This document shows positions 43,819 through 53,678 of a DNA stretch of 64,000 nt, piece after piece; within the stretch, counting starts at the first letter, position 1; every line of letters begins with the position of its first letter. Source of the stretch: a virus (taxonomy: Duplodnaviria > Caudoviricetes). The notes beneath the pieces are model-generated. The model was given only the letters and a program-made list of their open reading frames with translations. It was not told where the DNA came from and did no database searches. The DNA is taken from positions 96,001-160,000 of IMG/VR virus record IMGVR_UViG_3300009671_000009; one strand, written 5' to 3'. The position numbers and the translations under genes are program-made.

Positions 43819-46332
43819 TCACACAAGAACTTTAAACTTAAGACTATACCAGTCAACTTTTGGACTGTAAGTAGCTTCTGTTCGATATGTTCTACGCATA
43901 ATAATTTTAACTCTGACACCTGAAACAAGATACTCATATTCAACTTTAACAATTGCATTTCCATGACTGTCAGAATAATTGTCGATAGGCCCATCGTGCC
44001 TGAAAGTCTCTGGCAGATAAACTCTTTTGCCGATATGATAATACTCAAAAGTAGGAATAACGTCTGTTTTGATATAAGGATTCAATATGGGGATATCACT
44101 TGAAAAATAATCGGTAACGTTAAGGCATCTAGCAAGAGGCTTGTTCTCTATATCTGTACTAGGATCTCGATAGGACGCAATTGGAGAAGTAATAATTTTT
44201 GTTGAGCCTTCAATCCTGTGAATGCTAGAATTTAATTCATGCTCTGCTGGATTAAGCACTATCTTAATAGGGTTATAAGAATAGTCTTGGGTAAGCGAAC
44301 CATTTCCTGTTCTTGTAGCAAGTTTAGATCTGTTCACGTATGGATAATAGGTCAACTTGGCAGAACAGTTTTTATCGATTATGTTCTCACCTTCGCCGTT
44401 GAAGTATTCGGTAATAACCTTTGGAGGCCTTGATCCATCATCGGGCGGAGTAAAATCAATTTCGTGAACGCTGCCTGTGGATTCATCTGGAGTATAGTCT
44501 ATTGTGTATATAGATGAGGGATCCCAATAAGGAGGGTATATTTTAATCCGTTTGTTTCCTGTCATTAGTTCCCAGTAACCAGGGAGCAACGGAAACTCGT
44601 CTTTGTATACCTTTATATCTTTGCTATCATCTGCCATAAACCTTAAGTCTGCTTCGCCTATTGCTTTGTCTGGGAACAACAACATCTCATTGTTTACAGA
44701 CACTTGAGTTGTCGGCAATATAGGAGTCCATCCATCTGAGTCATTAGAACAGATATAATATTCAATACTTGTGCGTCGCAGATCTTCACCAGTAGTTATT
44801 AATGTTCCTGAAGAGTTATAGGCTTTTTTCTTAAGATTATTTCCACTAGCCAATGTAAAAGTCGGATGCCATTCTTCTACTTCAAGAGCAACTTTTTGAA
44901 TGTTGCCATTTACGCTATGAGGTTTGGATACATAAATTCCTGTCGAATTGTATTCTTGGCCTCTTACTTCGATCTCATATGCTCCAAGTACGTATTCGTA
45001 CTTTTCTACTTGAACACGCTTTGGTTTGGCCCTGGACGCTATTAGATCATAGAAATAGGAATCAGCTTTAAATTCTGCTTTCTTAACTTCTACCAAGTAT
45101 TGTTGCCATCGAATGTCAAATTCATCAACCTTATCTTGTGACAATGTAGGGTTTATCGTAATTGGATCTTCGTCAACCCAAACAGTACCTAGTGTTGTGC
45201 TTTTTTCGGCAGCCGCAATTTTGTTCCACATAGCTCTGTCGTTGCGTTGTTCTTGGGTCACGGTATAGTAGTTCTTATGAGCACTCGTCTGTCTGATTAT
45301 AACAAATAGAGACTTTGCTGTTACACCAGGGAAATCTATTGTGATTCCTTTGTCGGTAATAATTGGATTATCGGGATCATACGGAATTGGATATCCAGAA
45401 ATATAATCACTATCATCGACAGAATAGGCTACCGTGACTATCTCGATAGGGAATTCGCAGTAAGGTTTAAAACCGAAACTGCTGACAGTGGATGGTGTTG
45501 GGAATGTAATCTTTAGCTTGCATAGAGCGCCACCAGTGAGAGTAACACTATCATTGACAACCATAGGGACTTGTAAAACTCCGTCGGCTAAAATAACTTC
45601 TCCCCAGAATGTATCATGTCTTCCGTCTATGGCTCGATCTGGAATATACCTTGGGTCTTTATCAGAAAAGCCCTCACCTACTTGTTCGACTATAGAGATC
45701 TCAGCTAAGGTGGCTCCCGTACTGGTGTGGAGTCTGTCATAATTACTTGTTGTACCAAGCTTCAATGTGCCTTCGAGTTTATCAACGACACAATTAAATG
45801 AAGATGAAATAGGAGTTCCATCCCTGTCTACGAACAACGACCCAAATGTCTCACGGTCTGCTTCAAATAAGGATTCGTCAGCAAAGTTTTCTTTGCTGGC
45901 AGTTCCGTAGCCTTCTACGTTGTCTGCCAGCAAATTCATTGAGTCTATCCTTGCTTCTAGTCTCTTTATATCTTTTTCCAAATTGGCCACGATTGACTTG
46001 TTTAGTTGTTGATGATTAGTGATCAACGCATCAAGCAAATTGGATTCTTCGTATAAGGTTTTTAAGTCTTCGATAACTTCAGACATGGTTAAGTTATAAC
46101 TATCGGAGTTGGTTTGTCCGCCTTCCTCTTGAAGCCTTAGCTTCATTGTCATTCTGCCTTGACCAAGCTGAGCCATCATTTCACGAATTTGTTCTTCGAG
46201 TTGACCCTCGGCTGTTAGGTCTGTGCCTTGGGTTACGGGAACAGCCCCTACATTTAGAAAACCCTGAAGTCGCTCTTTCTGGGATTCTGGTAAAAGTGCC
46301 TCGTAGTTTTCGATATAGTTTTTCACGGACAC
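43819..46332 (-). CDS. virion structural protein (paralogue family)
   Basis: Shared motifs, AIDGRHDTFW and C-terminal SPKVDWYSL. Confidence 0.6.
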   Translation of the reverse strand: MSVKNYIENYEALLPESQKERLQGFLNVGAVPVTQGTDLTAEGQLEEQIREMMAQLGQGRMTMKLRLQEEGGQTNSDSYNLTMSEVIEDLKTLYEESNLLDALITNHQQLNKSIVANLEKDIKRLEARIDSMNLLADNVEGYGTASKENFADESLFEADRETFGSLFVDRDGTPISSSFNCVVDKLEGTLKLGTTSNYDRLHTSTGATLAEISIVEQVGEGFSDKDPRYIPDRAIDGRHDTFWGEVILADGVLQVPMVVNDSVTLTGGALCKLKITFPTPSTVSSFGFKPYCEFPIEIVTVAYSVDDSDYISGYPIPYDPDNPIITDKGITIDFPGVTAKSLFVIIRQTSAHKNYYTVTQEQRNDRAMWNKIAAAEKSTTLGTVWVDEDPITINPTLSQDKVDEFDIRWQQYLVEVKKAEFKADSYFYDLIASRAKPKRVQVEKYEYVLGAYEIEVRGQEYNSTGIYVSKPHSVNGNIQKVALEVEEWHPTFTLASGNNLKKKAYNSSGTLITTGEDLRRTSIEYYICSNDSDGWTPILPTTQVSVNNEMLLFPDKAIGEADLRFMADDSKDIKVYKDEFPLLPGYWELMTGNKRIKIYPPYWDPSSIYTIDYTPDESTGSVHEIDFTPPDDGSRPPKVITEYFNGEGENIIDKNCSAKLTYYPYVNRSKLATRTGNGSLTQDYSYNPIKIVLNPAEHELNSSIHRIEGSTKIITSPIASYRDPSTDIENKPLARCLNVTDYFSSDIPILNPYIKTDVIPTFEYYHIGKRVYLPETFRHDGPIDNYSDSHGNAIVKVEYEYLVSGVRVKIIMRRTYRTEATYSPKVDWYSLKFKVLV

Positions 46333-46368
46333 ACTTCCTTTTTGTTAACTACTTAATATTATATTCGT

Positions 46369-49300
46369 TTAAATGTTAAACACCGTATATATAATTTGCG
46401 AACCCTGAACAATATTCGCAGCAAACGAAATAGTTGTAGCGTCTATCTCTGAATAGCTAGAATTTGACATCAGCTTACCATCTAAGAATACTTGAAGATT
46501 ATTAGAACCAGGAACGTACACTAGCCCTCCAGGGATAACATGGTAAGTTCCACTCGTTATTTCTTCCATGACTGCTTCTTCATATCTACTTATTGAAATA
46601 ACATAAGGAGTGGTAGGAGTTGCAGACTCATACGGCGTGGCTGCTTGTTCAACTAGATCATTGACTGTTGATTGGATCTGACTCATGTCGTATTGAAGAT
46701 TTGAAACATCTACTGTAATGGTTGTAACATCTTGTTGTAAAGTATCGATATCACTTTCAGTAGAAGACATTCTTAACTGCAGGTCAAGTATGTTTGTCTG
46801 ATCGGTTCCGATATCTCCCTGAAGATCATCTATGTGACTTTCTATGGTACCCAAGTTCAAATGAACTGCTGTTGAATCCAATTGTAACTCAGCCACATCC
46901 GACTGCAGAACGCCGATATTGTACATTGAATTGTTTGCATCTAACCTGAGCAGTGGGATGTCTATTCCACAAACACTCACAGCTTGAATCGAAGATACTT
47001 CAAGAGATCCATAAATCCAGACGTTTTTGGCAAAATATGCATTGCCAGGTTCACTATCTAAAAACATTGGCGTTGAAGAGCTGGCAAATAGAATATGCCA
47101 GTCATTATAATTCCCGCCTACATATAAGTTCTTTGCCGCCAATCCTTTTGGAACCCTAATGGTTTCGATAATAGGTTCTAAAGGAGTCGTCGGTGTTGTA
47201 GGCGTGGTTGGAGTAGAATCTTCCTCTGGAGTAGTTGAATCTTCATCAGGTGTAGCTGATTCGTCTACAGGAGTTGTGGGCTCATAAGGAGTTGCAGGTT
47301 CGTAAGGAGTTGCAGGTTCGTAAGGAGTCACAGCAATTTCCTCTACACCATAAACGGCAAGGAAGTCGTCCCACATGTTAAGATCGATGCCTGGTGTGTT
47401 TAGCTTAAGATGCCCACTAATAGTGATGTCATCGGCCAACAAATCTCCAGTTACCTCAAGAGGCTGTATCCCGTAAGACATTTCCATCCATGGACTTTCA
47501 TGTAAATCTCTATCGACTGTCCTTATTCGGTACTTGTACCAGCTGGTCACGTATACTTGTAAATCTACAAGAACTTCAGCTTTGACAGTGGTTAACGGTT
47601 GCCAATTGGTGTAAGTAATATCGTCAAAAGATTCGGCTCTTTCTATTTCATAATATAGAAAATCTTTTTCTTGGGCTCTGTTCCATACACCAACAATCAT
47701 CCTTACCAAAGGAGTAACAACAAATGTGGCATTCGGAGACGGGATAGACTGATCTTTTGGAGTCGATATGGCTGTCTCTTGTTTTATGCTTTCGTTTCCT
47801 AACCTGTCAATAGCGCTAACAGATATAGAATATACCGTTCCAGTTCTTAGATTGGAAATTCTAAAAGACTTGACATTGTAATTAGGATCCTCTGGATCAA
47901 CAATTTCTGGGAAGTCAGGATTATAATCTGTGGTAAAAACACAAGGGAACCCTGCGTCCACTTCTACGTCTTTAATATAGATTCTAAAACATGCTGGGTC
48001 TGTATAAGGAGAATCATCTTCTTTTTCGGTTGGAATAGTCCAGCTGACTACGGCCTCTGCAGTATCATGGCCATGAGTCTGCTTCAGTTCGACAGAATGG
48101 ATTAGGTTCGTCGGAGACTTTGGCGCAGTGTTATTAAACTTAACCGCAGTAAGTGAGTTATCTTTTAACGCCGAAGGTTCAAGTCCAGTAGGAGTAATTA
48201 TATAACCAAGATCCGCACCATTCGAAAAAGTTCTAATCCCGCTACCGTCGATCACTACTTCATCAGAAATAGTTTCTTGTGCTCTAATCCCTGTTGAATT
48301 TATTACAACTTTCTTGCCTTCACTGAATCCAGTTGCGATGTCAATCTTTCCATTGGGGATATATAATCCGTCTTTGTCGATTCTTAAAGCAAGAGTGTCA
48401 GCGTGACCTCCGCCAAGAGCTAGCCTATCAGCATAGGTAGTAAGAACTCCGCCGCTTAAGATGAATAACGATCTATTAATCTCGCCCGCAGCGCCAGATG
48501 GATAACTATCCAATGTGTTCTCGGCAAAGATACTGCTAGAGTCTATTAGCCATCCACCCAGACTACCACTGGTTCCTGTAAGCGAGCCTACAAACTCACC
48601 CTCAAGATATACGTCTTTTGCAGCTAAGTATCCATCATTAGATAAATAGAGGCGATATGCTTCATCACTAACTGGCCCGAAGATACCCGATCCCAAACAT
48701 ATGCTGCCGTGTTTAAAACTGATTCCGCTAGAACTTATAACTGAATTGCCAGCTGTTATCTGTCTTAGTGACCCATTAAACTTTAAGTTGGGATCCCCAC
48801 CTATTGTCACTGTTCCAACAACGTTACCAGAGGTCATATTTATTTGGCCAGTAACAATAGCATTTGTACATTGAAGATTGCCATTGTTGAGATTGAATTT
48901 GCCCCCACCAAGAGACAAGTTCAGGATACTAAAACTAGGCCCCGTTGGAGTGAATGTAACTCCTGGCAAGACAAGCTGCCCTTGTCCAGACATTTCAACG
49001 ATACCAGTTATTGTACCGCTGGTGATGTTAACTTCTCCAGTAACACTTGCTTTCTTGGCATAAAGAAACCCATCTCTGTTTAAGCTCCATCCAGTTGTTG
49101 ATGATCCGAAACCGTTTACATATATACCATTAAGGCTGATCTGGGCCCCGCCTACGATACCTGCGTAAAGCTCGAAATCTCCAGAGCTTACTGTGACTTT
49201 ACCAGTTATATCAACATCTGTAGCTGTTAGCTTTCCTGTATAGTCTACAGAAAACTTTGTACCTATGTTGATAGTTCCTTGATTAAAACTAAATGATGAA

Positions 49301-49893
49301 CTTGTCAGCTCATTTGTACCAGCAACAATCTTTCCTAATGATCCGATTACAAGTTCTTTGGTTCCACCTTTAAGCACTATACCTGTTGACCCACCGACGT
49401 TTACATCCCCGAGGATGTTGCCACTTTCAACCGTAACTGTGCCAGTAAATTGGCTACCAGTTAAAGCGTTGACATTGCCCCTTACTGTCACATGGCCGTT
49501 ATTATCTACTAACAAATTAACATTGGTTCCATCAGTGCATAACAGCCCGTGCAATCCTGTGTTGTACTCGCCTAGTTTGATAATTTCTATATCATTGACT
49601 CCACGGATTTTAATTCCTCCACTTGAGCCAAATGTTAAAATTCCATCTATTGCGGCATTTCCTGCTACGCCAAAAGTTCCAGAAAGAGATATATCTCTGA
49701 TGGACGCGTCTGATGTTGAAATTAACTTAGACGCGTCCAACGAAGATATACTGCTATCTGAAAGTATTATCTTTCCTGTCCCTGAATCAATATCAATAGC
49801 AGATTCAATATTGTTGATAGCCGCATATATACTATTTATCTCTGTATGGATTAATGTATCTAGATAATTCTTTAGCTGAAAATTAGTAGCCAT
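46369..49893 (-). CDS. large tail fibre-like protein (Gly-rich beta repeats, FN3 domains, coiled coil)
   Basis: Gly-rich beta repeats, FN3-like PTNL...VSW...YSISVSAIDRLGNES, a Pro/Thr linker and heptads. Confidence 0.7.
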   Translation of the reverse strand: MATNFQLKNYLDTLIHTEINSIYAAINNIESAIDIDSGTGKIILSDSSISSLDASKLISTSDASIRDISLSGTFGVAGNAAIDGILTFGSSGGIKIRGVNDIEIIKLGEYNTGLHGLLCTDGTNVNLLVDNNGHVTVRGNVNALTGSQFTGTVTVESGNILGDVNVGGSTGIVLKGGTKELVIGSLGKIVAGTNELTSSSFSFNQGTINIGTKFSVDYTGKLTATDVDITGKVTVSSGDFELYAGIVGGAQISLNGIYVNGFGSSTTGWSLNRDGFLYAKKASVTGEVNITSGTITGIVEMSGQGQLVLPGVTFTPTGPSFSILNLSLGGGKFNLNNGNLQCTNAIVTGQINMTSGNVVGTVTIGGDPNLKFNGSLRQITAGNSVISSSGISFKHGSICLGSGIFGPVSDEAYRLYLSNDGYLAAKDVYLEGEFVGSLTGTSGSLGGWLIDSSSIFAENTLDSYPSGAAGEINRSLFILSGGVLTTYADRLALGGGHADTLALRIDKDGLYIPNGKIDIATGFSEGKKVVINSTGIRAQETISDEVVIDGSGIRTFSNGADLGYIITPTGLEPSALKDNSLTAVKFNNTAPKSPTNLIHSVELKQTHGHDTAEAVVSWTIPTEKEDDSPYTDPACFRIYIKDVEVDAGFPCVFTTDYNPDFPEIVDPEDPNYNVKSFRISNLRTGTVYSISVSAIDRLGNESIKQETAISTPKDQSIPSPNATFVVTPLVRMIVGVWNRAQEKDFLYYEIERAESFDDITYTNWQPLTTVKAEVLVDLQVYVTSWYKYRIRTVDRDLHESPWMEMSYGIQPLEVTGDLLADDITISGHLKLNTPGIDLNMWDDFLAVYGVEEIAVTPYEPATPYEPATPYEPTTPVDESATPDEDSTTPEEDSTPTTPTTPTTPLEPIIETIRVPKGLAAKNLYVGGNYNDWHILFASSSTPMFLDSEPGNAYFAKNVWIYGSLEVSSIQAVSVCGIDIPLLRLDANNSMYNIGVLQSDVAELQLDSTAVHLNLGTIESHIDDLQGDIGTDQTNILDLQLRMSSTESDIDTLQQDVTTITVDVSNLQYDMSQIQSTVNDLVEQAATPYESATPTTPYVISISRYEEAVMEEITSGTYHVIPGGLVYVPGSNNLQVFLDGKLMSNSSYSEIDATTISFAANIVQGSQIIYTVFNI
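47285..47328. repeat. 18-bp tandem repeat encoding TPYEPA
   Basis: TAAGGAGTTGCAGGTTCG x2 plus a partial third copy, inside the Pro/Thr-rich linker. Confidence 0.8.
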
Positions 49894-49911
49894 TCTGGTT
49901 CATTCATCTCC

Positions 49912-52900
49912 TTAAGCTAAGACACTTTTGCCTAGTCTGAAATTACCTAGAACAGATCCGTAAGGAATCTGGTAATCTGTTTCTACTACGGCTATCGTGT
50001 TATTGTTCGAGCCTTTGGTTTCGAACTTGTAATGATATGTTTCTCCAGGAGTTACATTTTGATGTTCGTAGACAGAATCTGTAACTGTTACAGTAAACTG
50101 CGAAGTTGTCGGAGAAGATATCGTGATATCTGTATGATCATAAACATCGCTGATAACGACAGAGGTTTCTGCAAACTCTGACCGCACGCCACACATATCT
50201 CTAGTTGCAACTGAATATTCATACTCAGTTCCTGATTGTAACGGAATACCCCATATGATTGTTACGTTATTTAATATTGGATCTCTTGTGAAAGAGTATT
50301 TTGGAACTCCGCCAGTGTTGGTGAAACCGTAAACATTGATAACATCGTTATCAATGAACTCTTTTTGGTCTGTAGTTTTAACAGTGGTGCCAAATTTTTT
50401 AACAATGTACGGCTCTTTAAAATCTATACCTATGTGCGGAAAGTCCATTTTAGTTACATACTGAGTTGTGTAGTATACACTGTCTAGATATAATATTCCT
50501 GTACCTTCTTTTTTATTGACACCAATTTTCATACCAGAGATCGTCTTGGCATTAATATTTCTTGTATCTATCACAACAGGAGTCCACAGTCCTGGCGTAG
50601 GAAGTTCCTCTATAAATAACCTTGATTCACTTCCGATTTCTCCATCTGGTTTCCTGTCTTTGCTCCAATAATGTGAATGTTCCCAACCATTATCGTAGAA
50701 AGAAAACCAAAAGCTGTCTGGAACATTGTCTTTGTCTAAGTATATCCATGCTACTATATAGCCTTCGGGCATTGTCGTTGTAGCTCCAGAAAATGATGGC
50801 TCAACAGTGCCATTGGTTGATGTTATTTTTATACTGGTATCTCCATGGTACCTGAAGTCGGAAACTTCCATCCCTTGTTGATCTATCCAAGAAGATCCGT
50901 CGGGTAAGTAGTCATTTAGCCATGCCACGTCAGGTGACGGAGCATATTTTTCTTGTTGGTCGCTTCCAACAGGTACGGGTTTAATTGTTATAGGATATCC
51001 ATCTATTAAAGGATTGTCCCATTGCAATTGTACTCCGTTTGTTGTGCGTGTAGCAGTAAGGTTCCTAGGCTTGAGATCCATCATAACTTTGTAATGTGGT
51101 CGTCTTTGATGCGGAGCTGTTCCCATTTTATAATATGCCTGACCAGGTAAGTCAGAGCGGTACACATTGTAATAAGCAGTGCCAGAAGTCGGAATCCAGT
51201 GGACTCTTCTAAAGCCTATGATGTATAGGTAATAGTCCATGTCTACCGAACAGTATGGATACGTACGAATACGGGCTGTCCCTCTTATGATGTGTTCATT
51301 AGCAGGAGGTATCCTAGCTCTGCCGTTTGTTCTAGCATGTCCAGTAATCGATGTTATTGGATACATATGTATCTTTGTAGCATCGACTTTTTTTGTAGAA
51401 GTTTGTGTTTTACCAGTCGTACTTTGTACGCTATAAAAATAGTTATTGTGTGCCCTAGGAATAAACCGCGATAACGCTGTAGACTTACACGGGAACGTAA
51501 TCTGACTATCAAGAGAACCTACCGCAATGGAAATATGGCCATCAGCAGATACAATATGGCAAAAATGCAATTGGCCGCCAGTATTTATTCCTATTGTTGT
51601 AGCGTGTCCACTAGCAGTTGCGACATGAGTCCACCAGTTATAAACATGAATATGGCCACCAGCAGTAAGTCTGTGCTTTCTGAATACAGAAGCTTTCTTT
51701 TTTATAAGTCTTGCTCGGCCTGTCGTAGACTTAATTCTATACTTGGTATTTGGAGCAACTGCTCTCCCAGTAGTAATAGAATATGCACTGGCACGAATAG
51801 AGATAAGCTGGTTTTGTACAATTGCAGTCTCGGCTTTATTGCTAGAAGTAGTTGCTTTACCGCTTAAAGAAGTTACTTCATGTTTAATATTTAATAGCGC
51901 TATAGACCTAGAATAATATCCCCATCCATAAGGGCCACCGCAAACTCCGATGTGAGAACGAGTTAAATTAGGATTTGATATACTTTGGTCTCCCATATTC
52001 CTAATGTCTGATGGGAGCTCGGCAAGATTCCAATCGTTTGCTGTTATTGCTCTAATAACGCAATACTGTCTTGTGCCCATACTGGGCGTAAAATCAAATA
52101 AACAGTTTACATACAGAGGAGATCCTGTTTGGTCATAATAGTCATCAGAAATTCGACCATTTGATTTAACAATACAGTTATATACTTTAAGTGTTCCATC
52201 GGCGCTGTCATTGTGATAATGCATCGATATACTTGTGGATGAAGATTTATTTTCAATCCAACAGTTGCGAACTCGTCCATACACCCATCTAAAAACAGCA
52301 TTGCTATAATTCGTACCTCTGTTTGGGTAGTAGTGGAAAGTGATATTTGAAACTATAGTTCCACTGTTATTTATTTGCATTAAGTTTGCATCACGTTCGC
52401 TAGAATCAGAACCGTAAAAACTTAATACTGTTTCATTGTCATAGCCCTCAATATACAACTTTTTCCCATAATCATATAAACCTACGACCGCAAGAGTACT
52501 TAACACGATTGGACTTAATCTATAGTTTCCAGGGAGTATTCTAATTCCGTGTCCACTAGATGCAGATTGAAGAGCCTTTGCGACAGTTTTATAAGGTTTC
52601 TCTGAAGTGCCATCTCCAGTGGAGTCATTACCTGCAGTACTTACATAGTTCCATGTAGTAGGATAATTTTGGTCATCTTTTCCGCGTTCTATGGTGCCAG
52701 GGAATATATGACCAGCTGCTTTAATATTGTATATAGCATTAAGATTAGCACTACCTGATGAAACAATTAAACCTTGTGCCTTGGTATAGCCAATTATCTG
52801 TGGCTCAGATACGGCAACAGAGGTTAATGCGTGTCCAGTAGCGGTAGCCCAATAAGGGATATGCGCATCTATTGGCGCACAATCAGTTGTTATGTGTCCA

Positions 52901-53667
52901 GAAGCTGTGGCAATAATCTTCGGTATTTCATAATAAGAGAGATCGGCTACACCACTAGTTGTAGCTCCACCAGAAGCTCCGAGAGAGACAACTCTTATTG
53001 GGTGTTCTTTTTTAAGTAGTTCACTCTTATAAAGGATGCCGTTGTCAAAAGCAAAGCTTCTTTCATAATAATGAGGAGAGCCAGAGGTGTATTTATGCAG
53101 TAGACCGTCTTTAAAAAACAGTTTCCCTGGAGGAGTAAAGACACTTATATACTTATAGGTCTCTGCATTTCCATATGTTACGCTTGCTCCTCTGGCAGAA
53201 CAGATATGCTTTGTTCCTTCGAAGGGATGACAGCTACCAGAAAGAGTTCCACTAACTACAAATACTCCTGAGCTTTGAGCAAGTACTATTTCTGGTCTGA
53301 CAGATCCGACTTTCTGCCAAAGGTATCCTTGCTTGACTGAAAAACCTGTGGTGATATTGCTCCAGGTTTTTTCTAAAATACCCCCACTGAACTTAAAACC
53401 TAGGCGCTGTATCCCTCTTAAATGAGGAACATATTCCAAAAAAACAGAAGCGTTCCCGCTAGCAACTATAGGTATTTTGTTGTGAACAATTGATACTTGA
53501 TTAGAAAACGCCAATCCTTGAGTTACACTGTTGGCGCTTGCGGTTATAGCAATATTGTTAGAACCAAGATGTTCGTGTTTCTGCCATAAATAACCTTGTT
53601 TGGTAGAAAACGAATCGATCCTAGTTGGCCAAACTTTTTCTAAATAACCCTTGTTAAATTTAAACAA
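49912..53667 (-). CDS. tail fibre/appendage protein with beta-helix domain
   Basis: Duplicated FKFxxGxLEKxW...KQGYLWQK, recurring A-x-G-H-x-T-T units and YVSTAGNDSTGDGTSEKPYKT at the beta-helix start. Confidence 0.65.
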   Translation of the reverse strand: MFKFNKGYLEKVWPTRIDSFSTKQGYLWQKHEHLGSNNIAITASANSVTQGLAFSNQVSIVHNKIPIVASGNASVFLEYVPHLRGIQRLGFKFSGGILEKTWSNITTGFSVKQGYLWQKVGSVRPEIVLAQSSGVFVVSGTLSGSCHPFEGTKHICSARGASVTYGNAETYKYISVFTPPGKLFFKDGLLHKYTSGSPHYYERSFAFDNGILYKSELLKKEHPIRVVSLGASGGATTSGVADLSYYEIPKIIATASGHITTDCAPIDAHIPYWATATGHALTSVAVSEPQIIGYTKAQGLIVSSGSANLNAIYNIKAAGHIFPGTIERGKDDQNYPTTWNYVSTAGNDSTGDGTSEKPYKTVAKALQSASSGHGIRILPGNYRLSPIVLSTLAVVGLYDYGKKLYIEGYDNETVLSFYGSDSSERDANLMQINNSGTIVSNITFHYYPNRGTNYSNAVFRWVYGRVRNCWIENKSSSTSISMHYHNDSADGTLKVYNCIVKSNGRISDDYYDQTGSPLYVNCLFDFTPSMGTRQYCVIRAITANDWNLAELPSDIRNMGDQSISNPNLTRSHIGVCGGPYGWGYYSRSIALLNIKHEVTSLSGKATTSSNKAETAIVQNQLISIRASAYSITTGRAVAPNTKYRIKSTTGRARLIKKKASVFRKHRLTAGGHIHVYNWWTHVATASGHATTIGINTGGQLHFCHIVSADGHISIAVGSLDSQITFPCKSTALSRFIPRAHNNYFYSVQSTTGKTQTSTKKVDATKIHMYPITSITGHARTNGRARIPPANEHIIRGTARIRTYPYCSVDMDYYLYIIGFRRVHWIPTSGTAYYNVYRSDLPGQAYYKMGTAPHQRRPHYKVMMDLKPRNLTATRTTNGVQLQWDNPLIDGYPITIKPVPVGSDQQEKYAPSPDVAWLNDYLPDGSSWIDQQGMEVSDFRYHGDTSIKITSTNGTVEPSFSGATTTMPEGYIVAWIYLDKDNVPDSFWFSFYDNGWEHSHYWSKDRKPDGEIGSESRLFIEELPTPGLWTPVVIDTRNINAKTISGMKIGVNKKEGTGILYLDSVYYTTQYVTKMDFPHIGIDFKEPYIVKKFGTTVKTTDQKEFIDNDVINVYGFTNTGGVPKYSFTRDPILNNVTIIWGIPLQSGTEYEYSVATRDMCGVRSEFAETSVVISDVYDHTDITISSPTTSQFTVTVTDSVYEHQNVTPGETYHYKFETKGSNNNTIAVVETDYQIPYGSVLGNFRLGKSVLA

Positions 53668-53678
53668 TGTAAGGCCCC

